Positions 1 through 14,600 of a stretch of DNA of 64,000 bases are shown here, piece by piece. Every line of letters begins with the position of its first letter. Position 1 is the stretch's first letter. The notes under the pieces are model-generated. The model was not told where the DNA came from. It worked only from the letters and a program-made list of their open reading frames with translations, and ran no database searches. The stretch comes from Trichoplax sp. H2. Lineage: Eukaryota. The stretch spans positions 124,001-188,000 of the forward strand of contig NOWV01000131.1 of assembly GCA_003344405.1 (NCBI GenBank), written 5' to 3'. Made by a program: the position numbers and the translations under genes.

Positions 1-155
1 ATGAATTCGATGGATTGCAATACATCAAAGAAGTCACACCATGTAATTGATACAAATGGATAATGTTTGATTCAAATTTAATTTATTGATAAGTTAAGAA
101 AGTACCGGTTATTCTTATCGGTTGATTGTATGTCGTGTGCAGTCTACAAATTTAC

Positions 156-808
156 CTTGAATGTATAATGATATAAAGTGGTGCAATAAGAAACTTCCAT
201 CTGTTTGAGAATCTATAATGACCAGCGATTTTCCCTACAATAAATAGCAATAGAACAAAATGGTTAGTAAGTAGCGTACATTAATTAATAAAACAACATT
301 TTCGACGTTAAACTATTGTAAAGTACAGCATGCTAGTAGAGAACCATAGAGTGTACAAATCTGTTCTAATGGTGTCAGAGGCATACAGAATAGTTAGGTA
401 GATCTTTTTTTTTACTTCTACGGGTATTGGAGTACAGTAATGCTATAGCAATGAATGAAATTTAGGCAACTTCATGTAACTTGCAATTTAGAAGCAGTAT
501 GCTAGCAATACAGTAGAACATGTCGATTTACTTTATAGTAAAGCCTTTTCTGCGGTATACTTATGCAGCTAAACTAAAGTGCATCTCTAACTGTACATGT
601 ACTTATGCATACAGTATTTAAAGTAGTCGATTTTGGGCATCGCAAGCGGTCTTTCGATGAACGAATAACAAATAATAAAGTAGACGAGAGCAGAACATGA
701 TAGCCAATTTTAGCTAGGCTAATGCAGTACGAATGCCGTATTGTAAAGTATTACGTTGGGTAAATTCTTCTTGTTACATTCCAATAGAGAATTAAGTTCT
801 GGAAACAT
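156..808 (-). CDS. ELP6: Elongator complex subunit 6, N-terminal two exons; gene continues beyond the window's left edge
   Basis: Exons 808-755 and 234-156 with GT-AG junctions give MFPELNSLLECNKKNLPN|GKSLVIIDSQTDGSFLLHHFISLYIQ. This matches the ELP6 N-terminal signature (MFxELN...DGSFLxHHF). Confidence 0.85.
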
Positions 809-2425
809 CTTAGTAACGTGATTAAGACGATGTAGAAGGGCTCCTGAAGTGTTTAAATTTTCTTTCTCGACCTGCTAGCTGATGCTACCCTGCACGATGG
901 AGCTCTAAGCTCAGAGACTTCGTCTGGAGATCGTCTCATAGGGGAATGTCTATGAGCATCTCGGACTCAAGTACTGTATACTGTACTGTCGTCTAGCCAG
1001 AACCAAGTATGCGACTTGGAACCGATATTAAACCCTAGTACCGGTACTCGTTCTGCATACTATATACTAGCGTTTAGCCGATAGGATGATACTGTACCCT
1101 CTCTACTATAGCAATCTTACAACTCGCCTAATATGAAGACGATGGATGTGCTTTGCAATTTTAAAAATAAGGCGGCTACTCTACATCTACTATGGCCAAC
1201 ATTGACAATGTATCAGTCCTTTTGACTTACGAGAGATCTCTTTCCTATACCATAGACATTCTTCTAGAGATTTTTGTCAACAATAATGTATAAAGTGCTT
1301 ATAGTAGACCCTTTCTACATAAGCTTATTCAGCATGGCAAGTTTACTGGCGCAAGGCATACATCTAAGGCAACGCATCCAATTTTCCTTGGTAAAGCTAC
1401 CCTACAGAAGTATCTGTAATCTCTATATAGGACAGTGGGAAAATCGTATCATATGAGAGGCTATCCTGTAGATCGAGATGAGGTGTAAATTTCCTTTGCA
1501 AAACAACCATGCATCCCGCGTATGTATCTAGACTGGTAATTAATATGCGGAATAGTTGAAGCAACATGGAAAATGGATGCACTGCAAGTTTAACCTTATT
1601 GTATTCAGGTAAAATATTGAATTATTTAATTTATGTATCGTTATTATGAGGAGATAAATTGGGATTTAGCCCATATTATAATAGAAAATATATCCATTAA
1701 TACATGTTATTTACTGTATTTGAGTGAATTTCATCCCCACCCTATGGATTTTTCGAACCTTCAACTTCTATACGAAGTCGTACAGAACATTGTCCATACT
1801 ATCACTGTATTCCTTAACATATGACTACTGTAATTAGCTAAAATTATTGACAGACATACTGTAAAAATGCTTAGTTTGTCTACAGTGTATCATGTAATCG
1901 TTGATGGTTATTTCTCAGCAAGGTACTTGAAAATGACTTCAATAGATGCCTCCCAATGCAGGACACATTAATTACTATCTATAATTGCACAAATAGTCGA
2001 TAGAAGCAGGAGTAGCTGATGTTAATCAATAGGGTTAATTAGATTCTACTGCACTAGCATGGATGGCAGAAATTAAAAGTAAACAGACGTGAGGTAATAC
2101 ACGTATGCTGTAAATTTAATTGAAATTATACTAATTAGAAATAATCGTCAAAGTAGTACGTATGCAGTTTCTGTTCTGAATCTACGTAAACAGTATAAGA
2201 AATAATTATAGCCTAGCTACATCTAGATATAGTACTCGCTTGATGTAAGAATGCTACGTATGCAGTTCCCTCATCGACATCAAAGATGCATAATTTCCAT
2301 TTACAATGATGCTTTTAGCTTTCAATAAGCTCTCCCTTACTGGCCAAACCCCTACAGTGTCAAGACAAATGATCCAATGATATGAAGAAGAAGCGACAGA
2401 ATGATTGGTGAGTAAGTTGTCATGC

Positions 2426-2439
2426 GTTTCTATAGCAAC
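2426..2439. promoter_or_regulatory. RFX X-box (ciliary-gene promoter element)
   Basis: GTTTCTATAGCAAC fits the X-box consensus GTYNCY-AT-RGNAAC. It lies just after a good donor (TTG|GTGAGT at 2408), which could end a non-coding first exon of the CCDC60-like gene. Confidence 0.5.
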
Positions 2440-5400
2440 CGATGTAAAACATCTTTTTTATTGTTGCGTAATTCCTTACGTTGCATTTACCATAATGATA
2501 GCGATTGTTCTACTACTAGATAATATTCTTGAAACATTGCAAGGCTACTATCTAATTCATTGATAATAATATAGAGCACTACACACTATACACGTATACT
2601 GTACTAATTGACTGGATCATTTTTGACAATATTAGTTGTAAGATTCAACATTAAATCATTCATCATTGTCATCGATATTAAGAGCAAGTCATATAGGGAA
2701 GTTATTGTCTTGGATATCAACTAATGCTAAGATCTATGGCCATGGAGAATTACTAGGAGTTACATCAATATAATGAACATTAATCTTGAGTGTTAACAAG
2801 CGATAAGACGAGAGCACGATTGCAATTGCTCAATTACTTATATCGTAACTTTTATCTATCTATTCGTATATTATTGTACAATAATCTTGACGCCAATCAT
2901 CATCAATTAGGTAAGAGATTTATGCGTGTGTTCAAACTTTATATATCAACGTAATAACTACAGTTATAGCCATTAATTATTTTTAATTGGAAATGATTGG
3001 TATTGTTAGTTCACGCTTGTTCTAACGTTTCGATGAATTTCATCATCGTTAATAACATTAAACGTAAAGCGACTTTCGATGGTAAATGATTCAGGGAATA
3101 TGGGCTATTTTCTTACGATGGGCTATTATAGTTATAATAGGAAATAAAGCTTTTTGATACGATAGTAATTAACATCTTGGCATACCGCTGTTTTGAGTTA
3201 TGTGAAAGATTTTATATACAGAATTAAAGTAATGTAAAATATTATTTACGTGCTTTCGAAGTAGTACTATACCGTTTACTTTATAAATTATCCGAATAGG
3301 CGTTACGAGTGATAGTAAATTACTTGTACACTACCTGCAATTTTACTCATGTTTACGTTTTAAATAAATGTCCTGGTAAATTATTCGAGAAATAATTCCC
3401 TTGACCTATCAAAGAGGGTGTACCAATCGAGAGTCAAATAGAAGTAATAATTATTTCTATTCAGTTATACTAGTTACTCAGAAATTTTCAATAGAATTGT
3501 TGAAAAAGTCTTCCTATTAGATTGAGATGCTCTCATAATAAACCATCTATCTACTGAATTTTCTTATCAAACTTTTAGATGGGAAGTGAATACTGCTACA
3601 TCATACGAGGAAGATATAGATATATAGGTTAAAAACAGGCAACGTATTGACCAGTGTCAGGCCCATTGCCTATTGGTTTTGGTGAAAGCCATTGCTTGAC
3701 TATTCTAGTATTTGAAAACATGCAACACTTATACTTGTCATTACATGACGGTTAATCTTCTACAATACCTTACTTATCTTGATTTGCTTAACCTTACGAG
3801 CGGACTATCGGCTAGAAATGATAATATATCCGACATATTTAAGAAATGTTCCATCCACAGCTCATTCAGTGCACTATTTAAAGACATATACAATACTTCA
3901 TATCTTATTTTAATACAATCCTGACGCCAATAATAATATCTCCTCACAAAGTGGAAATTATGATCACGTCATGGATGAAAACTGAGTATGCTAAATTTTG
4001 TTTCATTCTCAAGATCAATTTCGGAGAAAGTAATAGAATTTTCGTAACGTGATTGAAATTCATATTGTCTTTTCCTTAGCAGTTGTTGGTTTCTAATGTA
4101 ATTTATATAAATATAAGAAAGAAACGAAGTAGGTGATTTTAAAATAGAAGCTATATGAATAGGATTATTGACATTTTGTAGTCATTTTTAATATGTGAGT
4201 CAAGATGTCGGTGCATACGAAGGACTGCTCATACAAAGGGGCATAGTAAATCATTCTTCCCTTCTCTAATTTCCTGAATGTATCAAAATCAAAGAAATCC
4301 ATACTCAAATCATTTCATTAGATTTGTTTGATAGTTAGATGATGCTGAAATGTTGTACCCTTGCAGCATCATTGTTTGAGTTGGTTTTCGTTCATTTACT
4401 TCTCTTCGTTTTAACGTAATTTTTGATAATGATAAAAAATAATATCAAATAAAGTCAGTACTTCTGATTACAGCAAGTACGATTTGATGTTTATATAACA
4501 GGCAGTTAGTTTTTTATAACAATACTAATTGTTCATACTGGATGATTTTCTAAAGCCTCAATTATTAAACGCCGAAATATACTGCTAATACGAATTCTAT
4601 TTTGATGATGTTTAAATATTATAAAATACACAATAGTTACTATATACTGTATCAACGGATAAATGAGATTTTTGAATAATACTTACTCAGAGTTTAAATT
4701 TTTCAACGTAAAGGATAGGTAATATTATCTATTTATATTCTCTGATAGGGCGCTCAATCCTTTAGCTCCTTTAACTATTAGATTTTTAAATTATCCTATT
4801 GTCAGAGTTAAAAGTTATTCAGTCTTTTTATGTAACAATTGCATGAATAGATATAATTATAGACTTTTGGGATAGTGCATCCTAACTCTCAAAATAGCTA
4901 ATATTTAATTTGCGCTATTTTATAAAAGTTACATATTGGGGCTATTCTGATTCAAGATTTATGAAATATATTTTTTGGTCTGTTAAGTGTTACATCAAAA
5001 ACTTACAATTAAAATCTACGATTAGTTCATAAAATTTAGAACCATGAGTATAAAAGTGTTTCTCCACTTTTTAAGTATTTCTTATTATTGTAATTTAGTG
5101 AGAAAAATAGACTCTTTTAATATAAAAAATTCAGCATTCGATTTTGGAATATATTAGGGTATCTATATACGGTATAAGGATCTGCTTTTATCGAAGTTTA
5201 TCAGCATTACCTTATTTTGAGTAACATTCAAATCTGTTAACTAATAGTAATCATATACTACAAGTATATAATGTAATGTTTCGAAAATAATGGAAGAATA
5301 AGTATTTAAAGTGATCTTTAATTTATCTTCGACTTAATTACGTATCCGCTCATGCATTTTTTAATTAATTATATTTAATCATAGTGAGATTGGGCCCTTT

Positions 5401-5603
5401 TAAATTGAACTTTGAACTGTTATTTCGATTGAATCATTACCAAATTCTATTATCTATATAATATTGTTTGTTAAATTAGAAATATCGATTCGGTATAAAA
5501 TCAAAAAATAAGTTCTTTATGATCATAAAATTGCTGTTGAATGACTGCTTGTATTATGAGCAAATTACTTCATTTTTTAATTTTTTATTCTAGGTGAAAA
5601 AGT

Positions 5604-8600
5604 ATGCTATCCGTGAATGCTCATTATAATGTAAGAGATATTATCGATATTAAACCGTTACCAACGCCGTCATGTATTGGCGAAAAGGTATCAGTGAGAA
5701 GTTCAACAACTTACATTAGCCCTAGTTTGAAAAAAGATCAATGGAAAAATAACCATGAAAGAAGAACTAAACAAGTCACTGAGTGTGGCTATCGATCTGT
5801 GCCTCACCGTCCTTATAAGCCCGTTGGCGAAATGTGCCTTGATGAAAAGCAGCTAATACTATCTGCTTTAGGCCAAAGCAATAATCATGTAAGTTTAAAA
5901 AGAATTATTAATTATCGTCGATACATTATTCGTGTAAGCTACAATGATGTTACAATCGAATAACTTAACTACTTTAGGCTGATCAAGATGGAGGAATAAA
6001 TACACCAAGCGATAAAGGCTTATATCACGATATCGCTAGAGGCGATAAGGTTAGTTTCTAAAATTCTATTGTATAAAAATATCTTTTTGGATAAATTTAT
6101 TTGTTTCGCTACCCTTTTTTTGTTATGCTTTATTTTAGTCGAAAGTGACAATAAGCAGTTATAAAAAGTTGTTAAAAGTTCAAGATTTAGTCAATAAAGA
6201 TAGGTAAGTGCAGTTTTTTAATAAGTTCCTCTTTAATATGTAGTTTTAAGTATCTAAACTGTTTTCGATTCATATTCGATTACAATGCAGCTTGTAGTCG
6301 TACGCATTTTATCTTAATTCGTTGATAGAATATTATACTTAATTACTAGTGATCGAATTTCTAAAATTAAGCTTGGGCATGGATTATTTCAAATTATTAA
6401 AGACGAAGAAAAAGCTAAGGTAAACCCATTTACAATATCAATAAAAGTAACAAAATTTTCGGCTACAAAATTAACTTTAGTCAATATTATGAAATTTTAT
6501 ACGACGGTATTATTTTAACATCATGATTTGAATTTTCGATTGATATCAACGTGATTGCTGTACGATATTGTAATCCGTGTTCAGGCACAAAAGGCAGCCA
6601 CTGAAGAGATAGAAGCAAAAGCTAGAGCCAACAAGCAGTGGAAACCATCGAAGGGAGAGTCTGATTCGTCGTCAGACGATGATGATGACATAGGTTTCCG
6701 TGAGGTTGTCCAAAATTATTTGATAAGGTATGGCAAAATTTAGTAAGCCTCTAGAATATCTATCTATTTACAGATGTCAGAGAGATCCCTACAGTAAATG
6801 ATACTGCCCAATTCAAGTATCCCTTTAGAAAAATAAGTGTAAAAGTGCTCACGTTGGGAGAGTTAATCTTTAACTGATTTATTATTTTATCCGACTTGTG
6901 CTTTATGACATAGGTATCAAACACCTTCGTTACAGAAAGATAATCTGGAATTGCCATCTACTACGTCAAGTCCGATTGGAGTAAAATTTACACCAGTTAG
7001 TGCTCGCCAAACTAATAATGGCGAGTATTCGCGAATAAGGTAGGCTGTAGCGGAAATTCTTTGTGCTGTAACTGTCATAATTCTTAATGTCATGGTACTA
7101 TACAATACTAGAAATGTAAGAAATACTAGTTAGAAAAGATAATAGTTGCACTTTTTTAATTTGGAAAATCACAATGGAATGATGATTATTTGTATTAATA
7201 ATTAATTCTTAATGATTAGGCGCTAGCTTTAGTTGTGGATCGGATCTACGAGTATCACTGTAATTTACTACTACATTTATCGTATGGTATTTAAACTGAT
7301 ATTACTTATATCCATAGACATATGATCATGTGATACCAGTAGTTATTCATTTTTTATGGTTTCATATATACATCATAAATTAACTTGATATTAGCTGTAA
7401 TTATTCATGTGCAGTACGCTGTTTTCGTTTACTAGTAAATTTTATCGTATTGTAAATAACATACCCTAGTTATTATAGTTTAGAAATCAAAAATGATGAT
7501 TTTTACATACGAGTGAAATCAATTAGAACCTTAACAAGAACTGAAATTCTAACTGTTACTTAATCTTGTCGTAATTATAGCTTGGATGGATCGCCATATG
7601 GCGATACGAAGGAACATAGTGGCCGTTCAATAGAATCGCCACATCCGAACTTTAGGTTACATCGCAAGCATTACAGATCGCGAAAAAGCTCTTCAATTCA
7701 AGTTCGTCCTTTTTCTCCATATTATTCCAGTGTTGCCAGTTCACCGATCCAATCAGACAGGTATAATTTAGTATTTACAGCTGATGGAGAGTGATCGTAT
7801 TTATTTACTATCAAATCTCTAATCCATATGATAACAATATTTTCAATACTATAGAGAACATATCTTTCGTCAACTATGTGTTATTCAATGGCTTCTGGAA
7901 GCTACAGCATTAGAATTGGGTTATATTATGGTTCCTATTTCTGCATGTTGGAAATTGAAGTAAGTTTAAGAATGAAAATTTTTTCATAAATGATGTTTTA
8001 TATTAAAGTTGAATCTTCATTTTAAGTGAATCAAATGACGGAAAAATGTCGCGTAAACGCCAAGAAAAGGATAATAAGAAAGCTTTGGATAATAAATGGG
8101 ATGCATTATGCAATAATCCACATCAGTTATCTAATATTGTAAGATTTCGTATTCATCGAGATAGCAGTTTATATCTGAAATAATGTACTTGTATATGTAC
8201 ATTTCAATATTCTAAGTTAATGTTAGGAAATGTAGTAATTATCCTGTAAGCGAAATCAGTAGCTATACACATTTTTTTTGATATTGTCATATTCACTTTA
8301 AATGTTTAGATCAAAATGCCTGATAAACCAAAAACTGCACGAGGGCAGAAAATTCTAAAGGAAGGCTGGCTAGTCAAGCGTAGTCGTAACAGAAACGCTA
8401 TCAATAAAGATGCCAATTATCGCTCTCGATACGTCCGTTTAACGAAGGATTACCTGATATATTATCTTAACGAGAAATTGGTTAGAATCACTTTATTAAA
8501 ATATAATATATCAATCCCATTTTAAGTATAGAAAGGCGTCAAACTGATGTAAATAAATTTTTTACTTTATTTATCATCGATTTTACTAAATTTATGCCTC

Positions 8601-11600
8601 TTGAATTTCTCTATGTCATCAACTAGAATAACTACAAAGATTGTATTCATCTAAAATATGCTACTATTGTTGAATCGGTAAAAGATCATACATTTGAAAA
8701 GAAGAAAAATGTTTTTCAAGTTAGTAGAAATCTCTTTTATTTTTCTGATACCCTGTTGATATTTTTACAATTTCTTGTGCTCTCAGATGTGATGCATTGG
8801 TAATCATTTTCAGAAACGTAGTATTTGGTGCAACAGTTAGATATTTTCTGTAGTATTATTATATGAATAATGCCGTGATTGTATGTTTTAATCATGTCGG
8901 CTGGATTTAATAGAGTATGAAATAAATGAATAGTGTAGTTTCAATTAGTTTTCAGGAATAGTACATATGGAAATATAAGCTAGATAACAGTGTATAGCGG
9001 GAAGTAAATCTCTCCTTTTACTTTTCTTTCGGCGACACTGCAAATACAGATTAAGCTACTGTATATACTGTACTGTGCAGTATAGTGATATTATGCCTTT
9101 GCTAGCTATATAAAAGTATGTATAAAAATGGCAGTGGTAGAAAACTTTTTTTTGGAATAACAATTGGATTGAATGAAACTAACGACTGAGCTTATTTATA
9201 TATTCAAAATATAGATTGGCCAGAAAAATGATTTTTTATATCTACTAGCTCAAAGCGATAGTCATCGTGAAGATTGGCTGAATGCAATACGAAATGGTAA
9301 AGTAAAAAATTTCTTACCTGTTATGTAATTCATGAAGGCTAAAGTCCAAGAGTCATAAAAATCATTATAAAACGTTTTCAATTTGAAATTAACATTATGG
9401 TATTTTCTATTAGCTTGCATGAGACTAAGAAATAAAATGGATAAAAAATTTCACCCTGGGGCTTTAACTAAAGGTGAACGATGGTCTTGCTGCTCTCATC
9501 TGTCTAGTGCTGAAGGTTGCGAAGATGCTTTTGACTATACACTAGGTATGAAATGATTTACAGTTCATGTAAATGATCCACTTTAGGATGTCTCATTTCA
9601 TGAAATGGGTCTGGAGTTAAATTTGCGAGCGTAATCTATACAGTGTCCATTAGTTATATACAGTTTAAATATATTTATTACAGACTAATATAAAGGACTT
9701 TTTATTTCTAAATAGATACTAAGGTTATTAAAGAAGGTTGGCTTACCAAAAGAAGTCGCAATCGCAAAGATCCAAAAAAAGAAGCCAATTATCGTGATCG
9801 CTATGTTAGAATGACTACAGAGTGCCTGTCTTACTATATTACGAATAAAGCGGTAAGTATTGTTCGAGAACTAATAAGGACATAATTTTTATTGAGTAAG
9901 TTTTAGTTCGTTTACAGTCAATCGTAGCATGGAGTTTATCGTCTTACGATATTACCATAATATAAAAAGTAGTAAAAGATTGAATCAATTAATAGAACTG
10001 ATGATCATCATTTTGTTCTTATTGATCTCTTGAACTATATTTAGAACGCTGTACCTAAAGATTCCATGAAATTAAAAGATGTGACAATTGTAGAAGCAGT
10101 TACCGATGGCACATTTGGTGAACGAAAATACTTCTTTCAGGTCTTTAAGTTTTTTTTACCTAATTGTAGTTATCATATATTACGAAGTCTGCATAATAGA
10201 AAGGTGCTGATCTTGATTGCTTTATCCAGTAGAAAAAATAGCATTATAATGCGCTAACATGTAACAATAGAAATTTTGCAAATCTCCATAGTCGGAACGA
10301 TAAATTTTTATGATTGCTACAGGTTGGATCAAAAGGAGATCTTCTTTATGCTCATGCTATGAACCCAACTGATCGTGACGAATGGGTATTAGCATTACGG
10401 CAGTGTAAGTTTGCTTTTCTATACGGCTAGATATTAAATGAATTTAAGCAGTTTATTTCCTTATTCTAACTGACTGAATTAGGTCAAAAAATAAGTTGTA
10501 CCCTCAAGTATGTGAAATGTGCGGTTATAAATTTGACCTCTTTTACATCACTATGTAGGCTGTCAGAGATTAAAACTAAATATGGATCGGCGCTATCATC
10601 CTGGTGCCTATACTGATAAATGGAGCTGTTGCCAAGCGGTTGATCTTTCGCAAAATGGTTGCCAACATGCATTTGATTATTCTACTGGTGAGTACAACGT
10701 AAACGATGTTTTAACTATTTGATTCCTAAAAGTTGACAGTAATAACTGAATGACCTTAGAATGATCATAAATACTACTGCCCTATGGTAAGAGATTTGTT
10801 CGAGTTACGATTATTTTTAATTTTTAATATCGTAATACGATATACAGCATCAATTGCTCATGTCATGAAGTAAAGAAGCGTAGTATTCGCTCATTTTAAA
10901 TGTACTATTGCTATGTATGGTAGATCTTACAGAAACATTGTATTTTAATTGAACTAATTCTAAGTGATGCAAACTATATAGAATTGTCAACCGTAGTTAA
11001 GAAAGGCTGGGTAGTAAAGCGGAGTCGTGGACGTGGAAAGAGTAAAAATGCTGCAAATTATAGGGAACGATTTGTTGTCTTGACAGAAGAATTTTTATCA
11101 TATTATGGAAATGAAGCTGGAGTAAGTATTCTTTTAATTCATAAAAGCAATGTAGTAATTAACTAAGGGATGGATAAAATTGTTATTGCTGTATGCATAT
11201 TTAAATGCATTAATAACTAAGTACTTGTGCACTCTGAGCTGGTATGATATCTTATGTAAAAGTATTAATTTGTTTTGTTTCTAGGAATATAAAGATTGCA
11301 TTAACATGAAGCATGTCTCTATTGTGGAACCTGTTAATGATGGAACGTTGGAGAGAGATTTCGTCTTTCAGGTTATTTCTTTTTCATTCGTATAATTGCA
11401 TTGATATTAGAAACATTAGAGTTGGTTAAAAGTTTCGTTACCAGCAAATATTGAGAGGTTTGATTCACGGAATTTTCATTTGCTATTATAATTGTAATCT
11501 GAATCTTACAAACTAAAGGAGTTTGATAGTAATTTTAAGAAATCAGTCTTCTTTAAGGATGGAACAGGAATAGAACAATACGTGTACTGGACTAGAATAA

Positions 11601-14600
11601 TTTATCTATAGATATTAAATATAGATATACCCGTGCGTTAAAAATATATATTTTGGGGACTGCATACACTTATACCTTTACTTTTGTCATGACATAGGTT
11701 GGGAGTAAAGGAGATATTTTATATATATGTGCTCCTAATGAAGAAGAACGAGAAGATTGGATTGTAGCTTTAAGATTTGGTAAGTAACGATGATATGAAA
11801 TGTCAGACATTACAAGGTATCTAGAAAGTTAGTCAAAATTGTTCAAATTTTAGACAGATAAGAATCATTTAAAGTGATTTTCACGGGTGATGTCATACAA
11901 TATTGATAAGGTCACTACCATATCCTGAAACCTAACAATAAAAGACTGTATGATCTGCAGTATGCATACTTTCTTAGAGTGATGCTTAAAAATATGGAGG
12001 TATTGCACAGAAAACTTTTCTTCCGTATCAGAGTTGATGTGACCATAAATGAGCAAATTACCAAGAAATACGTTATTATTTTGCTACAATATGCAGTGCT
12101 ACAAAACCTCAAGAAGGAGTTATTTATTTTTTAGGCAGAAAGTATATAGTTGGTAATAGTTAGAATTACAGGGTTGAATGATATAAGAGTACTAATTGAA
12201 GATCGAAGAAGGCGCTATTTGTTTATTACATCTCATAAAAAAATCAGTAGATCTTACATCGATACTATTGTATCTCACGGAAGATTTTAATTTATGCTGT
12301 ATTTATTACTTAAATAGTAACTCAACAACTGCATAACAAGATGGAAGATAGATTTCATCCTGGAGGTTTTACTAGGAGTAAATGGACATGTTGTGATTAT
12401 CCTTCCCTCGATGAAGATGGGTGCCAGAGAGCGTTTGATTATAGTAAAGGTAATTTAAAAGCCGCTATTGTAATAAATTTACATTATTCCAGGGTCAAAT
12501 ATACTTCAAAGTGCAAATTGAATAATCTTTTTTGAAATTAGTGCTAGCATTTAAACTGTACATTGGTATAGGTAATAAAAAATTTGTAGGCTTACTTATT
12601 CTTAAATAAATCTGAAACTTGCAATTAAGCGACTATATTCTATCACTAGGTGTTGCATACAGTCCTAAAACAGAAGAAGATTACTACCCTATGCCAACTG
12701 ATGATAGTTTATACGCTTTTAATGGTAATATTAGTCCATTTATGGTTGGTAGCTCAACGACACCAAAAGCTGAGACAGCTATTAATATTAAAAGCTCACG
12801 TCGAGCGTCTTTAGCAAAATCGAGCGATATTAACCAAATTACAAGACGTGTATCAATGGCTATGCCCCCAACTATGGAAGGTATTGTAACTGGCAGGAGA
12901 TCATCAATGGCTGTTCAAGCAGAAGCTATACCTCTGAGCAGCAATAAGAGACATTCAACAGCTGCTTCAAAACCGACTGATTTTAGTCAAATAACTAGGC
13001 GAATATCATTAGCCGTAGGTAAAATCCCTACTCAAGTTCCACTGACCCCTGGTGGACAAAATGAAAATGCACCAAAAAGCAAATGGCCAATTGCTGCCTT
13101 ACGAAGTATACAAAAATTTATGCAATATACACAACATCGTCGAATTAGAACATTAGGAAACGTAAGTTTATAATCATTATACTGAATATTGTGCTATTTC
13201 AATGCAATCTTAATTAAAAATGTCCGCATAAGCTAACAATATTTATTTCAACTTTTACTGGCTGTATGATATCTGATAATCGTAAGGCTACAACTCCATT
13301 TATACTTTTTATGTGCTTTTTATTTACAAGGCTGAGGATGTTAACAAGGACAAAATTAGCGACGATGCTAAAATTAGGGCATGGATTGAAGAGTTTGGTG
13401 GCATAGAAGAAGATGACCGCCAGCGAAAGAAAAAATTACGACCGCAAAGGTGATTATTATAGCTATATTTTTAAAGTAAATGATGACATGGATACTATAC
13501 TAGCTGGGGTACCGCTTTATTACATTTTGTGAAGCTTTAAAAACATTTGATTTGATATCAAGATTAATTATTGTTAACAATAATAGCCAGTCATAGCTGC
13601 TTGATAGGTAAATCGAATACACTTAAATTCTCAGTCTTCAATTTATATTGAATATGAATAAAATTATCTCTTACGTCTAGCGCACCTGTTAAAAATACAC
13701 CGGGTACTGCAGGTATTGAGAGATACCAAGATTTAGCGTCAAGAATGCGACAGAAGTTTATTGATGTTGCCAAAGAAAACGAAGAGTTACTACACGATCA
13801 GTTAGATAGGATAGAAATGTAAGTACTACGTAATTCGTACAGATTAATTTTGAATAATATTCACTTTTTACTCTATGTGTCATTGTCAGCCTGTTGTCGA
13901 CGATGATATTTCGATTGATTGTTACCCACTTATTTAAATAGATGACGAAATGATTATAAAAATGATTTATGTTTACCTAAAGTTTGTTCTTTACTTATAT
14001 TAGGAAAAGATCTCAAAAATGCGAGCTTCGCTTCTTTGCTATTGAGCCCAAGACTTATGTTCATCGCGATTTAGGAAAAATGCGACATAAGATAAAAAAA
14101 ATCGAAATACGCCAAGCTAACAAATCAGTCCATCGACCTTGGTAATTGTCATTTTTATTTAGCTAACAATCACAATGCTTTACCTACTACGTGATAATAT
14201 ACAGTTGTTCCATTTAAGCTTTCAACCAACTTATCCACTTTTTTCCTATTACTTCATGATAGGTATATTAATCTAGTCAACACTTTACCGGAAAGTATTC
14301 GGGAAGATCGTCAATGTTCTCAAACGTTAGAAAGGATTTCATCCCACGCTAAGGTAACTAATAATTACAAATAAAAGTATTCTACGATACGACCAAGGTA
14401 GACTAGGCTGTTTTAGCTACTTGTTGTGAAAATAGTATATTTTAATCGTTTAAATAACAAATGATATTGCATTATGTATTATTATAGATTGATGGAATAG
14501 TTCCGAGCTCTGTCCAGTTAATTCGAGTACTGTCTGGGTTACGTCATTGGGAAATTTGCTCTCCAGATATTAGTGCAGCTATAGAAGTAAGTGATGCAGG

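Noticed and set aside
1100-2775. Possible small spliced coding gene divergent from ELP6 (exon-like pieces near 1430, 2358 and 2643)
   Set aside because: I could not join the pieces in frame, and there is no recognisable protein motif.
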